From contig NC_057719.1 of assembly GCF_004010195.1 (NCBI RefSeq), positions 52,089,037-52,153,036 of the forward strand: a stretch of 64,000 bases of DNA, read 5' to 3'. Below are positions 37,691 to 51,935 of the stretch, in pieces. Each line of letters starts with the position of its first letter. Position 1 is the stretch's first letter. The notes below the pieces were generated by a model. That model ran no database searches and was not told the DNA's origin. It saw only the letters and a list, made by a program, of their open reading frames with translations. Source of the DNA: Chiloscyllium plagiosum (lineage: Eukaryota). Both the position numbers and the translations under genes were made by a program.

Positions 37691-38230
37691 GGGGTTAAAT
37701 TTCCCCTTTTTATTTCATACACACGTGCAAACTTTCGTTCTGTTTTGAATCGATTGATAGTTCTCTTTCAAATCTGAGTTCCAGTAGTTCTGGGATCGCA
37801 CGCAATTCAGCAGTGCGATTTGGCTGTAATGTCACTGAAGAATTAGGTCACGGTATTTTCTAGAATCCTTACTTCCGTTAACAACAGTGCAACTCCAGTG
37901 GGGACCGGTTTGTTTGCTTCATTCTGCAGATGTCAGCTGCCGACGGAGCAGCTTTCTGCGAGAGGTATTGTACAGAGAGCAGCTTCCTTATGTTTTTTAA
38001 ATGTACTCTGTTAAATTTACTTTTGTTTCATTAATAAATATGATTTCAGCCTTCATTCAGGCTGTGCTATGCTTTGCGTTAGACTTTTGGGTGATTTTTG
38101 AGTGATTTTTTTTGCTGGACTGTCCCTAACCCCATCTTTCCAATAGGCCCCGTTACTTTGATTAAGCAGTTTTCTATTCAGCGAGGTTTCACTGGAATGC
38201 AATCACAATGTTAGAGGAGCGCTACCTGTA
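37690..38230 (-). mobile_element. Tigger/pogo-like non-autonomous DNA transposon end
   Basis: Terminus TA-caggtagcgctcctctaac...atagaaaac resembles the 3353 MITE ends. I did not find the other end. Confidence 0.4.
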
Positions 38231-40014
38231 ACTCCTTGTTAATTGCGTCTGGTCTCAGCAAGGCAGGCAACATTTATAGATAAGGATAGCTGTCAGAAAT
38301 TGAAGATGTTACAGATGAGCAGCTGGCAAGGAGGAATGGTGCAAGAAGTGAGGAATCAGGAACAAAGGACCTGCAGGAGAAGAAACTACAGAATGTCAGA
38401 TCCTAGATCAGATGATGACTAAATGACAAAGAAATGAGGATAGTATCAGCTAAAATCAAGAAAGTAACAGATGTCTGTGGGTTGGTTAGATTATGTGGAA
38501 GATTAACACTGAATGGTGGAAGGGAAAGTCTCAGAAACACAGGTGTAAGTAGTCCAGGAGTATGGTAGCAGAAAGGCAGGAAACACTAAAGTCTGCTTTA
38601 GCTGGGGGTTTCAAAATGTTGTCTAGAAAGCTGGGTTGGTCTTCTGTGAATTTGCAATGTTACAGTAGGATGTATACAGAGAGATTAGAGATAGAATCAT
38701 ACAGCGCAGTCAGGGAATTAAGGCAATATTCACACTATTATATGAGTTATGAATCATTAGAATTACTTAATCCTAGGATGCTTTAGGTTTAATGAGTCTC
38801 AGCACAATTTAGGTGCTGTGCTGTTGATATGTGATTTATAGCTCTTGCCTACTTTAATTTCTGCATTGTGAATCAAAATAGCTAAGTTAGTTGTGAAATA
38901 TGAAGTGGAATATATAATGGAATGGTAAGCAAGTTAGCATCTGATGTTTGAAGGAAGGATCTCATCTTAGGGGCTATGTTAACAATAAAAATTATGATGC
39001 TGTATCGAATCAGCAAGGAATGTGGACCCAGGAGAGGGCTATAAAGTCATTGAGCTTTACTTAACACTTTGTTGAGTCAAAATTGAAATTGTCAACAAAG
39101 CTTATGTTACTGCCCAGGAGAAACATGGTACTGGTGTGTATTTCATTTACAACTGTTGCGGTGGAGACATAGGGTGGAGTCTTCTGCTGAAAGATTATTT
39201 TTAGGAGTTGGGACCATTTCCAGATCCCGGTACTGCACAGATCTGCAGTGAACAATTAATGTGATCTTCAGGAATACAGCCTCGTCATTGGGCACTTTCA
39301 CATCTGTTTGAAGATGACAGTGGGTGTTTGAATCTACAAACTCAAAATGAGGGCCCACAGATGTGGATGGCCACTGAAAGATCTCACTGAGGCAGTTAGT
39401 AGAATCACAAAACAGTTACTGGATTGTGAAGGGGGCTCAAAATTGAGCTTCATTTGAAATAATGTATGAGATGCTGAAATATAAGGAGTCCAAAACAGCT
39501 AAGTGCAGTGAAACAGGGAGGGAGCTTGTCTAAATGATTGGGGCCATCCACAAGCTCTTTCTTATGGCCCTGTCATTGGGGCAAGGAACCTTTTGAGTCT
39601 GATGACCTCCTAGCCTGTTGAAAGGAGGTTGCCTGTATGGCACTCAGCTGGGATCTACTCAAATGTGGGATATTGTCAGAATCATCACCATTTTACCCAT
39701 TAAACACTTAATGCAGTATTTGATTATTCCTTGCAGCCAATTGGGTAGCTGGTCCTGCATTGATCCACCTCTGGCAAGACTCTCTTGAGAATTTTATAGG
39801 ATGCTGAAACAATGCTGTTGCTTCTGTACTCATTCTCAACCCACCATCAAACTTGTCTCTATGGAACTGAGGAGACTTGATCAAATGCAATAAAAATGTG
39901 ATGCTGCAACCATATTTAATGTGTGAGTTTTAACATTTTCTTACAGGTGTACTAGATTAGATGAATCACACCTGGGATGTACCAGAGGGCAGATCACTAG
40001 GATGAAGAGTGGAC

Positions 40015-40215
40015 GAGAATAAGTGCTGGAGAAACTCTGTAGGTCTGGCAGCATCTGTGGTGAGATAAGCAGATACCAGTGCTGAAGAAGCATCACTGGA
40101 CTCAAAACATTAACTCTGCTTTCTCTCTACAGATGCTGCCTGACCTGCTGAGTTTCTCTAGCATTTTCTGCTTTTGCTTCAAATCTCCAGCATCCACTGT
40201 TCTTTAGTTTATTTC
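40015..40215. mobile_element. Short inverted-pair element (second Penelope-like family)
   Basis: tgctggagaaactc...gcagcatctgt versus acagatgctgcc...gagtttctctagca, with a decayed ctgaaga...aaac core between the arms. Confidence 0.6.
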
Positions 40216-42371
40216 ACAGGCGATTTTGGAATTTTTGAAATGCTGGAAGAGCAAAAGAAGAGAAGATATATTTGGTGGTTGGATTGGGTTGAGGCAGAAA
40301 TTATAGCAGATTTCTGAAGAATGTGTGAGGCTTGTGGGATGGAAGGTGAGGAAAGGGAGGAGACTATGACTTTAATCTCTTTACTGTATACAATTTTAAT
40401 TGCTCTATTTAATGAGGGTTAAAATTATCCCGATTAGTCCATGAAAACCTAGTCATTTAATACCGCTCGATATTTCTCCATTCATTCATTTTTCTCAATG
40501 TGTATTTGTTCAGGTTCAAGGGCATAATAAAAGAGAGCTGTTTAAAAGAAAGCTCATCTGACCATACTAAAAAGTGTGCATTATCTCAGAAGTTATTGTA
40601 TTTTGCCATAGCAGTAAACATACTCACTAAAGCTTACTGATTTTGCATTGTATTCACTGACAAAATTTGGTCTTCAGATACTTCAAAGAAGTCACTATTG
40701 AATTATAAAAGAGCAGAAATAATCTGTGAGAGGCTGAGGAGCTCCAAATTGTACCATTGCTACAATTACAAGTTCAGTCAGTTCACTAGTCACGCTCCTA
40801 ATTCTGTGCCATTCCTAAGTTTAGAAACAGTTTGTAAAATATTAATCTGCTTGTGCTTTTAATGTGTGCTCAATGCAAGTGCAATGCTCATTTTTTTCTT
40901 CAGTACAACTTTCCCTGAGAGTGCTTTTAATTAAGAATTTTTAAAAAATGGACAGAGGACATATAGTAGAACTTCAAAGCAAGTACTAATGCAGAGTAAC
41001 TTAAGATATCTATGATGAACTACTTAAAAAAAGGATCTACAGGTAGTTGATTAGACAAATGGAATCACAAATAGGTCAATTGAACTTAAAAGGAGAGAGG
41101 AAAAGCTAAATATGTATAAGTAATTTATTATTCCACAATTCAATATAATAGGTGGTTTAGAGAGGAAGCAGAGTTTACAAATTGAAGTTTATGAATATAT
41201 GAGATATGAAAGTCTAGAATTAGAATGGTAAGTAAGGAATCTAAAGTTTTTTCACCAAAGAAGATTAAGATGCGATCAGATGAAGGATTATGTAGGAAAA
41301 GATTATTTTTAGCAGTAAATGTGTTAAACTTAAAGGGCAGAAATTTAAGATTATCACCCAACACAACAAGGTGATTTCATTTTTTCAGAGCTTATTCAGA
41401 ATGACCCATGGCAGTGAAATATTAGAGATGTATACCACTGAGAGGCCAAGCTGAATGGATTCCTCAGGAGCATAATGATATCTGGCAAGGCCAAAGAACA
41501 GCTATCACTGCAAAATGGGCTTAGTGAACAACTTTGTAGGAGATGAAACCTAGCTCACTTTAGAGAAGTTCCACAAGAAGGCTTTTGTGGGCTATAGGCC
41601 TTAATGCCAAAGATTGTCTGTCTGTAGTCAGTCCAATTGCACAAGCTTTGACACAGCTTTTTTTGTTACTTGCCCATCCAGATCCCTACTACCTCAGCTT
41701 TAGATTTATGACTTGTGTAATATAATTATTAGAGCAGGTAGTGTTGTTAAACCCACCAGTTTGTTTTTGTATTGTTTATTTTTCTTGCTATTATGGAACA
41801 TGTGTAATAGAGTGAACAATTGCAGGAGCTGGTGAAAGCAGTTTCCTAGAAAACTATCAACAGCTGCCACTAATTTTAGTAATCATTAGCACCATGGGCA
41901 TCCACACTTTATTTAGCTTGAGAAGGTAATGCTACTGTTTTCAATTTATTTTCAATTAATTTCATCAAAACACTCCAAGTATAATCTTCCCTTATCTCGC
42001 CACCTCTCTTCCTGTTTTACTTTATCATGCTGTTTGTTGCTTATTTCTTTTGTAATAAAAATAGTTTCATTGTATTGGAATTTCCATAAATGGCCAGACA
42101 TGTGAAATATTATTGGTGTAAAATAAAGGGTAATTAACAGAACCTGTCTATCAAAGTTTAAGCTTTTAGAGCACCTCATGATGCCTCAGAATACGTTAAA
42201 GGTTTGCAATATTTATTTGCCTAAGTAGATGCTTCCAAATATTTATTATTCTAGGTAAATATTTTTGGCGAAGCAGTTTACTGACATTTTACCAGAATAT
42301 TACCCTACTTTCCTGGTCCGCTGGAAGTGAAAAATTTGTATTAGAAAACCTACTTAATGTTTAATGTGAGG

Positions 42372-45300
42372 TGATGGGTTAGTGGTGTTGCTGCTTGAAA
42401 TGTGTTCTGAAAATGTGTTCATTCCTGAAGAAGGGCTTATGCCTGAAACATCGATTCTCCTGTTCCTTGGATGCTGCCTGACCTGCTGCGCTTTTCCGGC
42501 AACACATTTTCAGCTCTGATTTCCAGCATCTGCAGTCCTCACTTTCTCCTGCTTGGTTAGTAATCCAGAGACCTTTATAATGTTCTGGTGACTGTGGTTT
42601 GAATTCCACCATGATAGATGGTAGAACTTAAATTCTTTCAATATCTGGAATTACAATTCTAACGATGACGATGACTGTCAATTTTCATAAAAACACATCC
42701 AGTTCATTAATGTCTGGAAAGGAAACTGCTGATCTTACCTGATTTGATCTACATGTGACCTCATGATGACTGCAGATGATGGGTTAACATTTAACTGGCC
42801 TCTGAAATAACTTAGCAAATCACTCAGTTGTCTCAACCACTAAGAAGTCTCAACAATGAATGAAACCAAACAATGTGTCTGGCATTGATTAATGCTTGGA
42901 AACAACAATGGCTGACTTTGCCCTGTTAATCCTGCAATGTTCTCCGTGGGATTGGTGCCTAAGACTGGTCAAGCAATAGTTTGGCAGAGTCATATTCACA
43001 CCTAACACACAATGTTTCAGACAATATAATCACAATCCCTGGGTATGTCCTATTCTGCTGGCAGGACATACCCAGCAAAAGTGGTGGCACAGTGTATCCA
43101 GATTGGAGGCAATTGCTCTAGGAATCCTCAACATTGATGCTGGATGCCATGAAGTCTCATGGCATCAACTTAAGAATGGACAAGGAAACAACCTGCTCAT
43201 TACTATGTACTGAACTTTCCAACCCACCTCTCAGTTGATGAAAAAGTCCTCCTCAATGTTAAACACCACTTGGAGGAAGCAAAGGCACAGAATATACTCT
43301 GGATGGGAGGGCCTCAATCTCCATAATCAAAAGTGGGTTGTCAGCACCATCATTGATCAAGCTGGTCAAGCCCCAAATGACATTACTGCTAAACTAGTTC
43401 TGTGGCAGGTGATTAGGAAGCCAACAAGAGGAAAATAACATGCATGACCACATCCTCACCAATCTGCCTGCTCAGGTGCATCTGTTCCATGAGAATTACA
43501 GGAGCTGGTGAAAGCAGTTTCCGAGAAAAGTATTTTGGTAGGAATGACAATCACAAGAAGTCTTATCTTCATATTGGGAATATCCTTCACCATGTTGCAT
43601 GGAACTATCACTGTTCTTAATTGATAGATTTTAACAGTTCTAACAGCCTGGGCATTCATGAGGTGCCGTGGGCCATCAACAGCAGCAAAATTGTATTCCA
43701 TTACAATTGGCAATCTCATGGTCTGGAATATCCCCCACTCTAACATTACCATTAAGCCAGGGGATCAACCTGGTTCAATGGAGAATGCAGTAGGGATGCC
43801 AAGAGCAACACCAGGCATACCTCAGGCGTCAGCCTGGTGATGCTACCAAACAGGACAACTTCCATTCCAAACAGCGTAAGGAACAAGTGATAGACAAAGC
43901 TAAGTGATCCCACAGCCAAAGGATCATATTTAAACTCTGCAGTCCTGCCACATCCAGTCATGAATGATGGTGGATAATTAAACAGCTCATTGGAGGAGGA
44001 GGCCCTACAAATATTCCCGTCCTCAATAATGGGAGAGCCCAGCACATCAGTGGAAAATATAAGGCTGCAGAACTTGCAACAATCTTCAGCCAGAAGTGTC
44101 AAGTGGATAATTTATCTTGGCTTCTCCGGATCACAGATACTAGTCTTCAGCCAATTCAATTCACTCTACGTAATGTCAAGAAACATCCAGAGGCATTGAA
44201 TACTGAAAAGGCTATTGCACCTGACAAAATTCTGTCAATAGCCTGAAAACTTATGTTGCAGAACTTTCTGAAGCCCTGGCCAAGCTTTTCCCATATAGCC
44301 AAAACCCTGGCATGTACCCAACAATGTAGAAAATTGCCCATGTATGTCCCGTGCTTAAAAAAACAAACACAATCCATCCAATTACTGGCCGTCAGTCTAC
44401 TCTCAATCATTAATAATGGGATCAAAGGTGTCATCAACCTATCAAGCAAAACTGTGCAACAATAACCTGCTCAGTGATTCTGAATTTGGATTCTACCAGG
44501 GCTACTGAGCTCCTGACCTCATTGCAGTGTAAATTTAAACACAGCTAAAAGAGCTGAATTCCAGAGGTGAGAGTGACTGCACTTAACATCAGGACCGCAT
44601 GTGACAGAGTGTAGCATCAAAAAGTTCTCACAAACTAGAGTGAATTGGAACCTGGGAAAAAATGCTTCTCTGGTTAGAGTCATAACTGGCATAAAGGAAG
44701 ATGGTTGTGGTTTTTGGAGATCAATCATCTCAACTCCAGGACATCTCTGCAGGAGTTCCTGAGAGTTAGTGCTCTCTGCCCAGTTGTCTTCAAATGCTTC
44801 ATCTATGACTTTTCTCCATCATACATTCAAAAATTGGAATGTTTTCTGATGATTGCATGATGTTCAGCAACATTTCTGACTCCTCAAGTACTGAAGCAGT
44901 TCAGTGTAGCAAGACCTGGATAATATCCAGGCTTTGACTGACAAGAAGTGAATTAGATAATGAATCACAAAAATCTCAGGTAATGGTCATCTCCAACATA
45001 AGAGAATCAAACCATCGCCACTTAGCATTCAATGGCATTACTGCCACTGAATCACCTACTAACAATATCCTGTGAGTTACTATTGACAAGAAACTGAACT
45101 GTGTCTACCAGAAGAGGTCAGAAACTAAGAACCTATACCAAGTAACTCACCTGATTCTCTAAAGACTGTCCACTATCTACTGGTTTCCATTATCTCAATA
45201 TTCCCCACTTGTCTAGATGTGCAGCTTGAATAACATTAAAATGCTTGACATCATCTAGGACAAAGCAAACCATATTCACAAACATTCACTCCCTCTATCA

Positions 45301-45490
45301 CTTCCACTCAGTAGCAACAGTGTGTATTATCTCCAAGATGCACTGCACAAATTCATAAAAGCTCTTTAGACATCATCATCTAGTATCAAGGAGGAAAAGC
45401 ACCGGCAGAAATACAAGATTGCCACCAGTTTTGTTTCACATCAACCACTCACTATCCTGACTTGGAAATACATCACCATTCCCTTATTGA
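42372..45490 (+). mobile_element. Near full-length decayed CR1/L2-group LINE with a SINE-like 5' head
   Basis: Traces of endonuclease (ITIPGYVL...GGTV) and RT (YWPSVYS for the YRPISL region, gcaggagttcct for GVP, MFSDDC for FADD). The 5' 450 bp match the SINE at 11875. Confidence 0.7.
42395..42549 (+). mobile_element. Penelope-derived short element inserted in a SINE-like head
   Basis: Same family as 11191. Tiny inverted 5' piece ctgaaaatgtgtt. Flanking duplication tgcttg. Confidence 0.7.
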
Positions 45491-45949
45491 TGGATCAAAA
45501 TTAAAAGTAAAAGCTTCTGAGGGCACGCAGATGACACTGGTGACACTTTGCTGTAAATAGAAGTTCACTGTTGTAAATGTGTTACTAGTTCACATCATCT
45601 TATATCTGATCGACTGCCATTATAACTGCAGCTACAAGAATCATGCACCTCAGGCCACTGGTCCTTAGCACCAGTCCATTTTCGAACCCTGTCAGAAGGC
45701 ATACAATTCTTACCCCAACACCAAGCATAGCATAGCATCTTGTTATTATTCACCGTGGGAGGTTCACATGCTTTAAAACGTTCAAATGGTTAAGAATTTT
45801 AACTTTCATTCAGCAGCAACAAATGAGAAAATAAAGCTAACAAAAAGATCTGTATTTGCTTTTTGGAATAAACAAAGACAATTTGCCTTTTGTTTTACAA
45901 GACACTTACAGTCAATGAATGATCATTGCACCCAGCTCACATTTATTAC

Positions 45950-46950
45950 AACTGGATGTCAATGTAGACTTGTTTGGCTTCTTCTGCATCACACTATAAT
46001 GCTGAAGGTAATGTGCCTTCTGATCAATGTGCTCACCTTCCTCCTCGAATACAGCTGCTCACAACTCTTCAGCATCCATCACATTCCTTCTCTCCTTACT
46101 TCTGTTGTGCAGAACCCAACACGTTAAGATTATGGATCACATTCTGGACTGTACTGCAAAGCCCTCCCCACACACTGATCCAAGTATCAGGCCTCATCAC
46201 GAGACCTTTTGTTTACTCCCCGATGGTCCTGGTGAAAGAATAGTGTGTATTGTATTTGTGTGCAGCCTCAATTATATGTTTGAATAAGAAAAGCATTAGC
46301 TATGGTTGCACCTTGTCTCCAAATAATCATCCTGGTAAGGCATCCAGCCCTTTCAGTGAAGCAGGAACCTGAGAGAATGTAAGGATATAGACATCAAAGC
46401 AACTTCCGGGGTATCCAGTGTACAATTCTAAGATGTGGTACCAATGATTGCAGATGTCTTGTATGTTATTGGAGTGGAATCCTTTCCGATCGATAGAGTT
46501 GGTTGCATTATGATACAGCAATATGAATGCAACATTTATACAGTCCATAGCACCCTGCCCTTTGGGGGAAGCAAGCTATGTTGACTGGAGCAATTACCTC
46601 ACCACAGGGAGATGAGATGAAGGTACAATCTGGCACAAATTACATTGGTATCAGCTTTGATACATTTGTGGGTTGAGAATTGACGTATCCTACAGCTTTT
46701 TAGTTTTTTTCAGAATCAGCCAATTGCAGAAAGATTTAGTCCAGCTCTCACCTTAATGGCCCATAGAATATATGGCCACCTCCTCCTTCAGATCACAGGT
46801 CCCTCTCCAGCTGATGGCATATTTCCATGACAATGTCCCAAGATGCCCACAGTATGCATCTAGAGGAAAAGGCACTGAGGCGCATAGACTATGGATGTCT
46901 TGTACCATCTATACATTTTGAGAGGACCTTCAGCTGTGACTTCTTCATAT
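45950..46950 (-). mobile_element. Decayed Harbinger transposase
   Basis: QGAMDCINVA...IDRKGFHSNNIQDICNH...YPGSCFDVYIL, LFGDK, ALQYSPE, CWVLHN correspond to HARBI1-like GAIDCTH, NRKG-x-HS-x-N, PGS-x-HD, LLGD and LHN motifs. Confidence 0.85.
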
Positions 46951-48829
46951 GGAGGAGTCACTGGAATCAAAATCTTAACCCTGCTTTCTCTCCAGAGATG
47001 CTGCCTGACCTGCTGGAATGCTTTTTCATATGGAAACTGGACCATTTAACCAATTTAAGACATTGTTAGATTTTCTTTTGTAGGCATGGGAATTAAGGAT
47101 TATGTGAAGCAGACTGGAAGTGTGATGAAACCCCAATCTGATTAGCCATGGTCTTGTTGAAAGGTAGAGCATAGACATTAAGGGCTGAATGGCCTACGTC
47201 AGTTCATCATCCTATGTTTATATTTCCTATGTAAATGTTCAAATGTTCTGAATATATTCAGAATTATTCTAATCAATTGCTAATTACTTCTGATTTCATG
47301 AACATGATCTGCTGGTTTGCAGTTAATGTTAGCCATTCAGAACAGTTCTTCAATTATTTCACATAGATTCATAAATAAATAGCTCATGACAATAGCTGTG
47401 CCTTATTTATGCAAAAAATTGTAATATCCCATTTTATCCTTCTAAGTATTATTCCTGCTGATTTGTTTGGCTTTAACCTTTAGAAGGACGAATGTGAAGC
47501 CTTGTAATGTAGTATCAACCACTCAAAATAATCATACAAATAATGAAACATAAATAACAAATAGAATACCTTAAAGTTATGATTTTTCTATTTAACATTT
47601 ACATAATATTCAGCTTAACAATAGCTGCTGCACCACAATGGCTCGTATCTGATGGTAAAGCAGATAGGATTGGGTAAGTATTAATTGGATGTCAAAGATG
47701 ATAAAAAAAGCTTTTTTACATTTTTTCCCAACTGATTCTGGTATAGTTTTTCGTCTTTTTATTGCTTCGTTTGCCATGTCCTTCACTAAATTCTAATTAA
47801 ATTTCTTCCTCCTTCATGCAATGTGCAGAACGCATATTTATTGCTGCAGCTATTTTATCGTTCTGACATGCTCTTTTAATGTTATCCCTAAATCTGTCTC
47901 TTTGGCTATCTTTAAATATCATGTTCTTTTGTTCATTTTGAGCACCTACTTAACCTTTTCCAGGTATTTAATTGTAACCCTGGAAAGATTCAAATGTTAT
48001 AAAGGAAAGTTGTCCTGCTGAATTCCTTCACTGGACTAAATCGATGATTTGTAAAATTCAACTCCACTGAAAGGCTCATCAAAGTTGATTTCATTGGATT
48101 TAATTCTGCTTACTGTTGACATGTATTTTAAGACAGGAGATGTAAATGTATTCTGGTGATGGTTATGTAGTCAATTTTACAACTTCCTTTCTGTGTGACC
48201 TTCATCTTAACTACAATGTCATGTTTCATGTTGATAACTTCTAATTCACGGTTGGTTAAGAAAATTGTTAATCCATGAAAACAAAGTACTCATTTGTTTG
48301 TATTTGATGCATAACATTGCAGGTGAAATATTTAGTTCCTTGCTCAAATTTTATTCGTTTTGTTCAGAATATCCTTGACTGTTCATCATACCCAACTTAA
48401 GGTATTGATAATGTTTCACAAACTCAACATTGTGAAAAACAAAGGTAACATATTCTTAAGCATTCATTCAAACAATTTAGGATTTCAATAAAGAAAGGAA
48501 ACACTTACATTTTCATAGAATCTTGTCCTGAGGATATAACTCACAATTCTACAGTCTGTTAAGTAGGCTGTATAAGCAGGAATCAGCCAGTTTTGTAACT
48601 ACAAGTTTCCATAAACAGTAAAATGATGATGATCAGATAGTCTGCTTTGGAGCAGTTAGTTGAAGGATAAATCTTGGTCAGAGCTTTGAGGAGAACTTCC
48701 CTGTTCTTCCACCAAGTTGATTTTGCTTACATCCTCCAATGTGGGCATATATAGTCTTGACTAAACAGCTCATCTAATGGGCAACACTTCTGATGAAGCA
48801 GTATTCCCTCAGTGCTGTACTGATTTCTT

Positions 48830-49530
48830 TTGATTTATTCTAGTCACATGGACCTAAGTACAGTGAAAAGCTTTGTTTTGTGAGCAGGATAGGCAGATCA
48901 TAGTAAACAAGGACATACAGATCAAAGGGTGGTTAGACAGCAAGGCATACAAGGTTACAGTTCTACAGGAGGTGCACAAAGCAAGATCAACAATCATTTG
49001 AAGTTAGACAGTCCATTCAGCAGTCTAATAACAGCAGGGAAGAAGCTGATCTTGAACCTGTTGGTATGTATGTTCAAGCTTCTGTATTTTCTCCCTGACG
49101 GAAGAGGTTGTTAGAGAGCATTCGCAGGGTGGGAGGGTCTTTGATGATGCTGGCAGCCTTTCCATGGCAATGGGAAGTGTATTTGGAGTCCATGAATGGG
49201 AGGTTCACTCTGTGATGGTCAGGGCTGTACAGTTTCTTACAGTTCTGGGCAGAGCAGTTGCCACACCAGGCCGTTATGCACCTGGACAGAATGCTTTCTA
49301 TGGTGCACCTGTAAAAGCTGGTGAGGGTCCTTATGAACATGCTGAATGTTCTAAGTGCCTGAAGGAAGAAGAAGCATTGTTGTGTCGTCTTGACTGTCAC
49401 ATTTATGTGGGCAGTCCAGGACAGATTGTCAGTTATCGTAACCTCTCAGAACTTGATGCTCTTGACCCTCTCCACATCAGCTCCATTGATGTAGGCAGGG
49501 GCATTTTTTCTTCCTTTATTCCTGAAGTCA
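48830..49530 (-). mobile_element. Rex1/Babar-type LINE 3' fragment
   Basis: ORF KTTQQCFFFLQALRTF...FYRCTIESILSRCITAWCGNCS, with tail aaagcttttcactgtac...gtgac..aataaa. Confidence 0.85.
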
Positions 49531-49671
49531 ATATTAGTCTAGATATTGTGCTGAAATCTCTAAGTAGGTTTGTCAACCTACACCATTCTAATTCAAAGTT
49601 CAGGGCCAATCTTCCCTCGAAGCCTCATTGCTGTGCAGCTGCTGAATTGTTCCATGCATGCCAATTGGAGT

Positions 49672-50120
49672 TCCAACACATTTGCTTCCTATCCTGGAAG
49701 CTACTGCTATACACTGACCTTGAGAATTTGTGCAGTAGAAATAAAGAGTGAACATTAGTCAGGACCTGAATACTAAATCCAAATGAGATTCCTGAGCCCA
49801 TGCTGGCCAGGAGTCAGACCAAGCATTCTTAGAAGTGGTTTCTAATGACTCCACACTTGCCATCACTCTTGATGCTGTTGGTCCAAATCCAAGGAATCCT
49901 GCTGGGTGAGCTGGTTGTTACTGAGCTGGTTGATGGGCATTGAGTCATTAGAGACCACCTCTAGGAACACTTGGTCTGACTCTTGGCTAGAATCGGCTCA
50001 GGAATCTCAATTGGACTTGGTATTCAGGTCCTGACCAATGTTCACTCTTTATTTCTACTGTATGAACTCTCAAGGTCAGTGCATGGCAGTGGCTTCCAGG
50101 ATAGGAAGCAAATGTGTTGG
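49672..50120. repeat. Inverted repeat, about 180-bp arms and 90-bp spacer
   Basis: 49672-49851 is the diverged reverse complement of 49942-50120. Mirrored ORFs SNTFASYPGSY / TNTFASYPGSH. Confidence 0.9.
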
Positions 50121-50409
50121 TTGAGGCGGTTGTTGCTGAGCTGGTTAATGGGCATTGAGGGCAACTCAAATTTCAGAGGGCCTCACCCAAAAACATAAAC
50201 TATTAATTCAGATGTATGAAGGTTGGAGGCTCCTCAAAGAGAAAGGGAGTCCTTTCCGGTGACAGTGATTGAGCCAATAGTGTGACCATTGTGCCAAAGG
50301 CATTCTCTGAGGCTTAAGGCCTCTGGTCCACTGGCCTCCTGCAGGCCAGCATTTCCAATGAGGTAAAATGCAAATGAGCTATTTAAATCGTCCTAAATCA
50401 TTCAACGTC

Positions 50410-51935
50410 GATAAGAATGAGATTGTACATTTGGGTAGGAAGAATAAGGACATCTTTCATTACTAGGAAGCCATGAGTCTAGATGGGGAAGAGGGACAAT
50501 GTAATCTTGATGTACAAATAGAACAACCACTGCAAGTTGTGCCACAAATTAGCAAGACCATTAAAAAGCAAATCAAGGTATAGGCTTTACTGCTAGAGGA
50601 ATATAATAAAAACTTAATGATATAAACTAAAACTATATTGAACTTTGCTTAGATCAGGCTTGCAAAATGTGGCAGGAAGAGTAACAGGGGAGAAAGATAA
50701 TCAGGTAGAGTGGCATTGGCAAGATAGACTCTCCACAACCATCTTAGACTCTTAAGAGGTCACTTAACACCATAAGAAAACAATGTTTGAGGAGGATATA
50801 AAGAATCCGCAAAGGGATATAGATATTTATTTTGGCTTAATGATTGGCAAACATTTGGCAGATTGAGAATAATGTTGGAAATTGTGAGGTGATCGGTTTG
50901 GTAGGTAGAATAGAAAAATACAGATTATTAAATGGAGAGAGACTAAAACAAAATTGTAGTTTGTAAAGATTTGGGTGTCCTTGTTGCAGATTCTCAAAAT
51001 GTTAACATGCAGATAATTATTGAATTGAATTGAATTTATTGTCACGTGTACCGAGGCACAGTGAAAAGCGTTGTCTTGTGAGCAATACAGGCAGATCACA
51101 TAGTTAAGCAGCGTAGATAAGTAAATAATAGGTAAACAGCGGCAAAAACAAAACACAGGTACAGGCAAATGTTAAGAGTTTGTGAGTCCATTCAGTATTC
51201 TAACAACAATAGGGTAGAAACTGTGTTCAGGCCTCTATACCTTCTCCCCAATGGTAGATTAGAAAGCCAAATTAAATGTTGGCCTTTATTGCAAGGTAAT
51301 AGAATTTAAATGTAAAGAAATCTCACAACAAAAGTATGTGACGAAGGTAAACCATGCCTGGAGTATTGTGTATGATTTTGGCCTCTGTACTTAAGGAGGG
51401 ATATTCACACATGGGAAGCACTTCACCCATGTGGTGATTCTTGAGATGATGGCATTGTCTTATGAGGAAAGGTTGTGAAGGGTCATGCTGGATTTGAAAT
51501 ATTAGCGCTATTTCTTTCCCCACAGATGCTGCTATATCTGCTCAGTTTCTCCAGTATTTTCTGTGTAATTTGTAGACTTCCAGCACACACAGTATTTTGC
51601 TTTTTATCAAAAGCTGTGCAGATTGAACATATACTTCATGGAATTACCAGAATTGAAATATATAAAATTCCAAGAGAGCCTGACAATGTAGAAACTGTGA
51701 GTACTTTTTTTTATTTTACAGAGAAATCTAGAAATAGAGGACACGGTTTAAAATGAAGGTAATTTGGTGTTAGGAATTCTAATCTACAAAAGGCAGGGGA
51801 TGCCTGATCTTCAGTGCTGAGTTAAGCATTTTGTTTATAAATAACTGAATCAAAGGTAACGGGATATTGGCAGGAAATTGACATTAAGGCCAGAATCTGA
51901 TCAGCTATTATCTTACTCAATGGCAGAGAAGGTTC
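50410..51935 (+). mobile_element. Patchwork of old CR1 fragments with nested insertions
   Basis: C-E-I-V-H-L-G, Y-N-V-G-N-C-E-V and SRNRGHGLK traces. Interrupted by Rex1 and Penelope-type pieces. Confidence 0.6.
51020..51255 (-). mobile_element. Rex1-type LINE 3' tail
   Basis: (ttgaa)n then tttattgtcacgtgtaccgaggcacagtgaaaagc, homologous to 48830-49110. Confidence 0.75.

Noticed and set aside
49164..49751. 195-aa plus-strand ORF
   Set aside because: Antisense to a Rex1 fragment and runs into flanking DNA.
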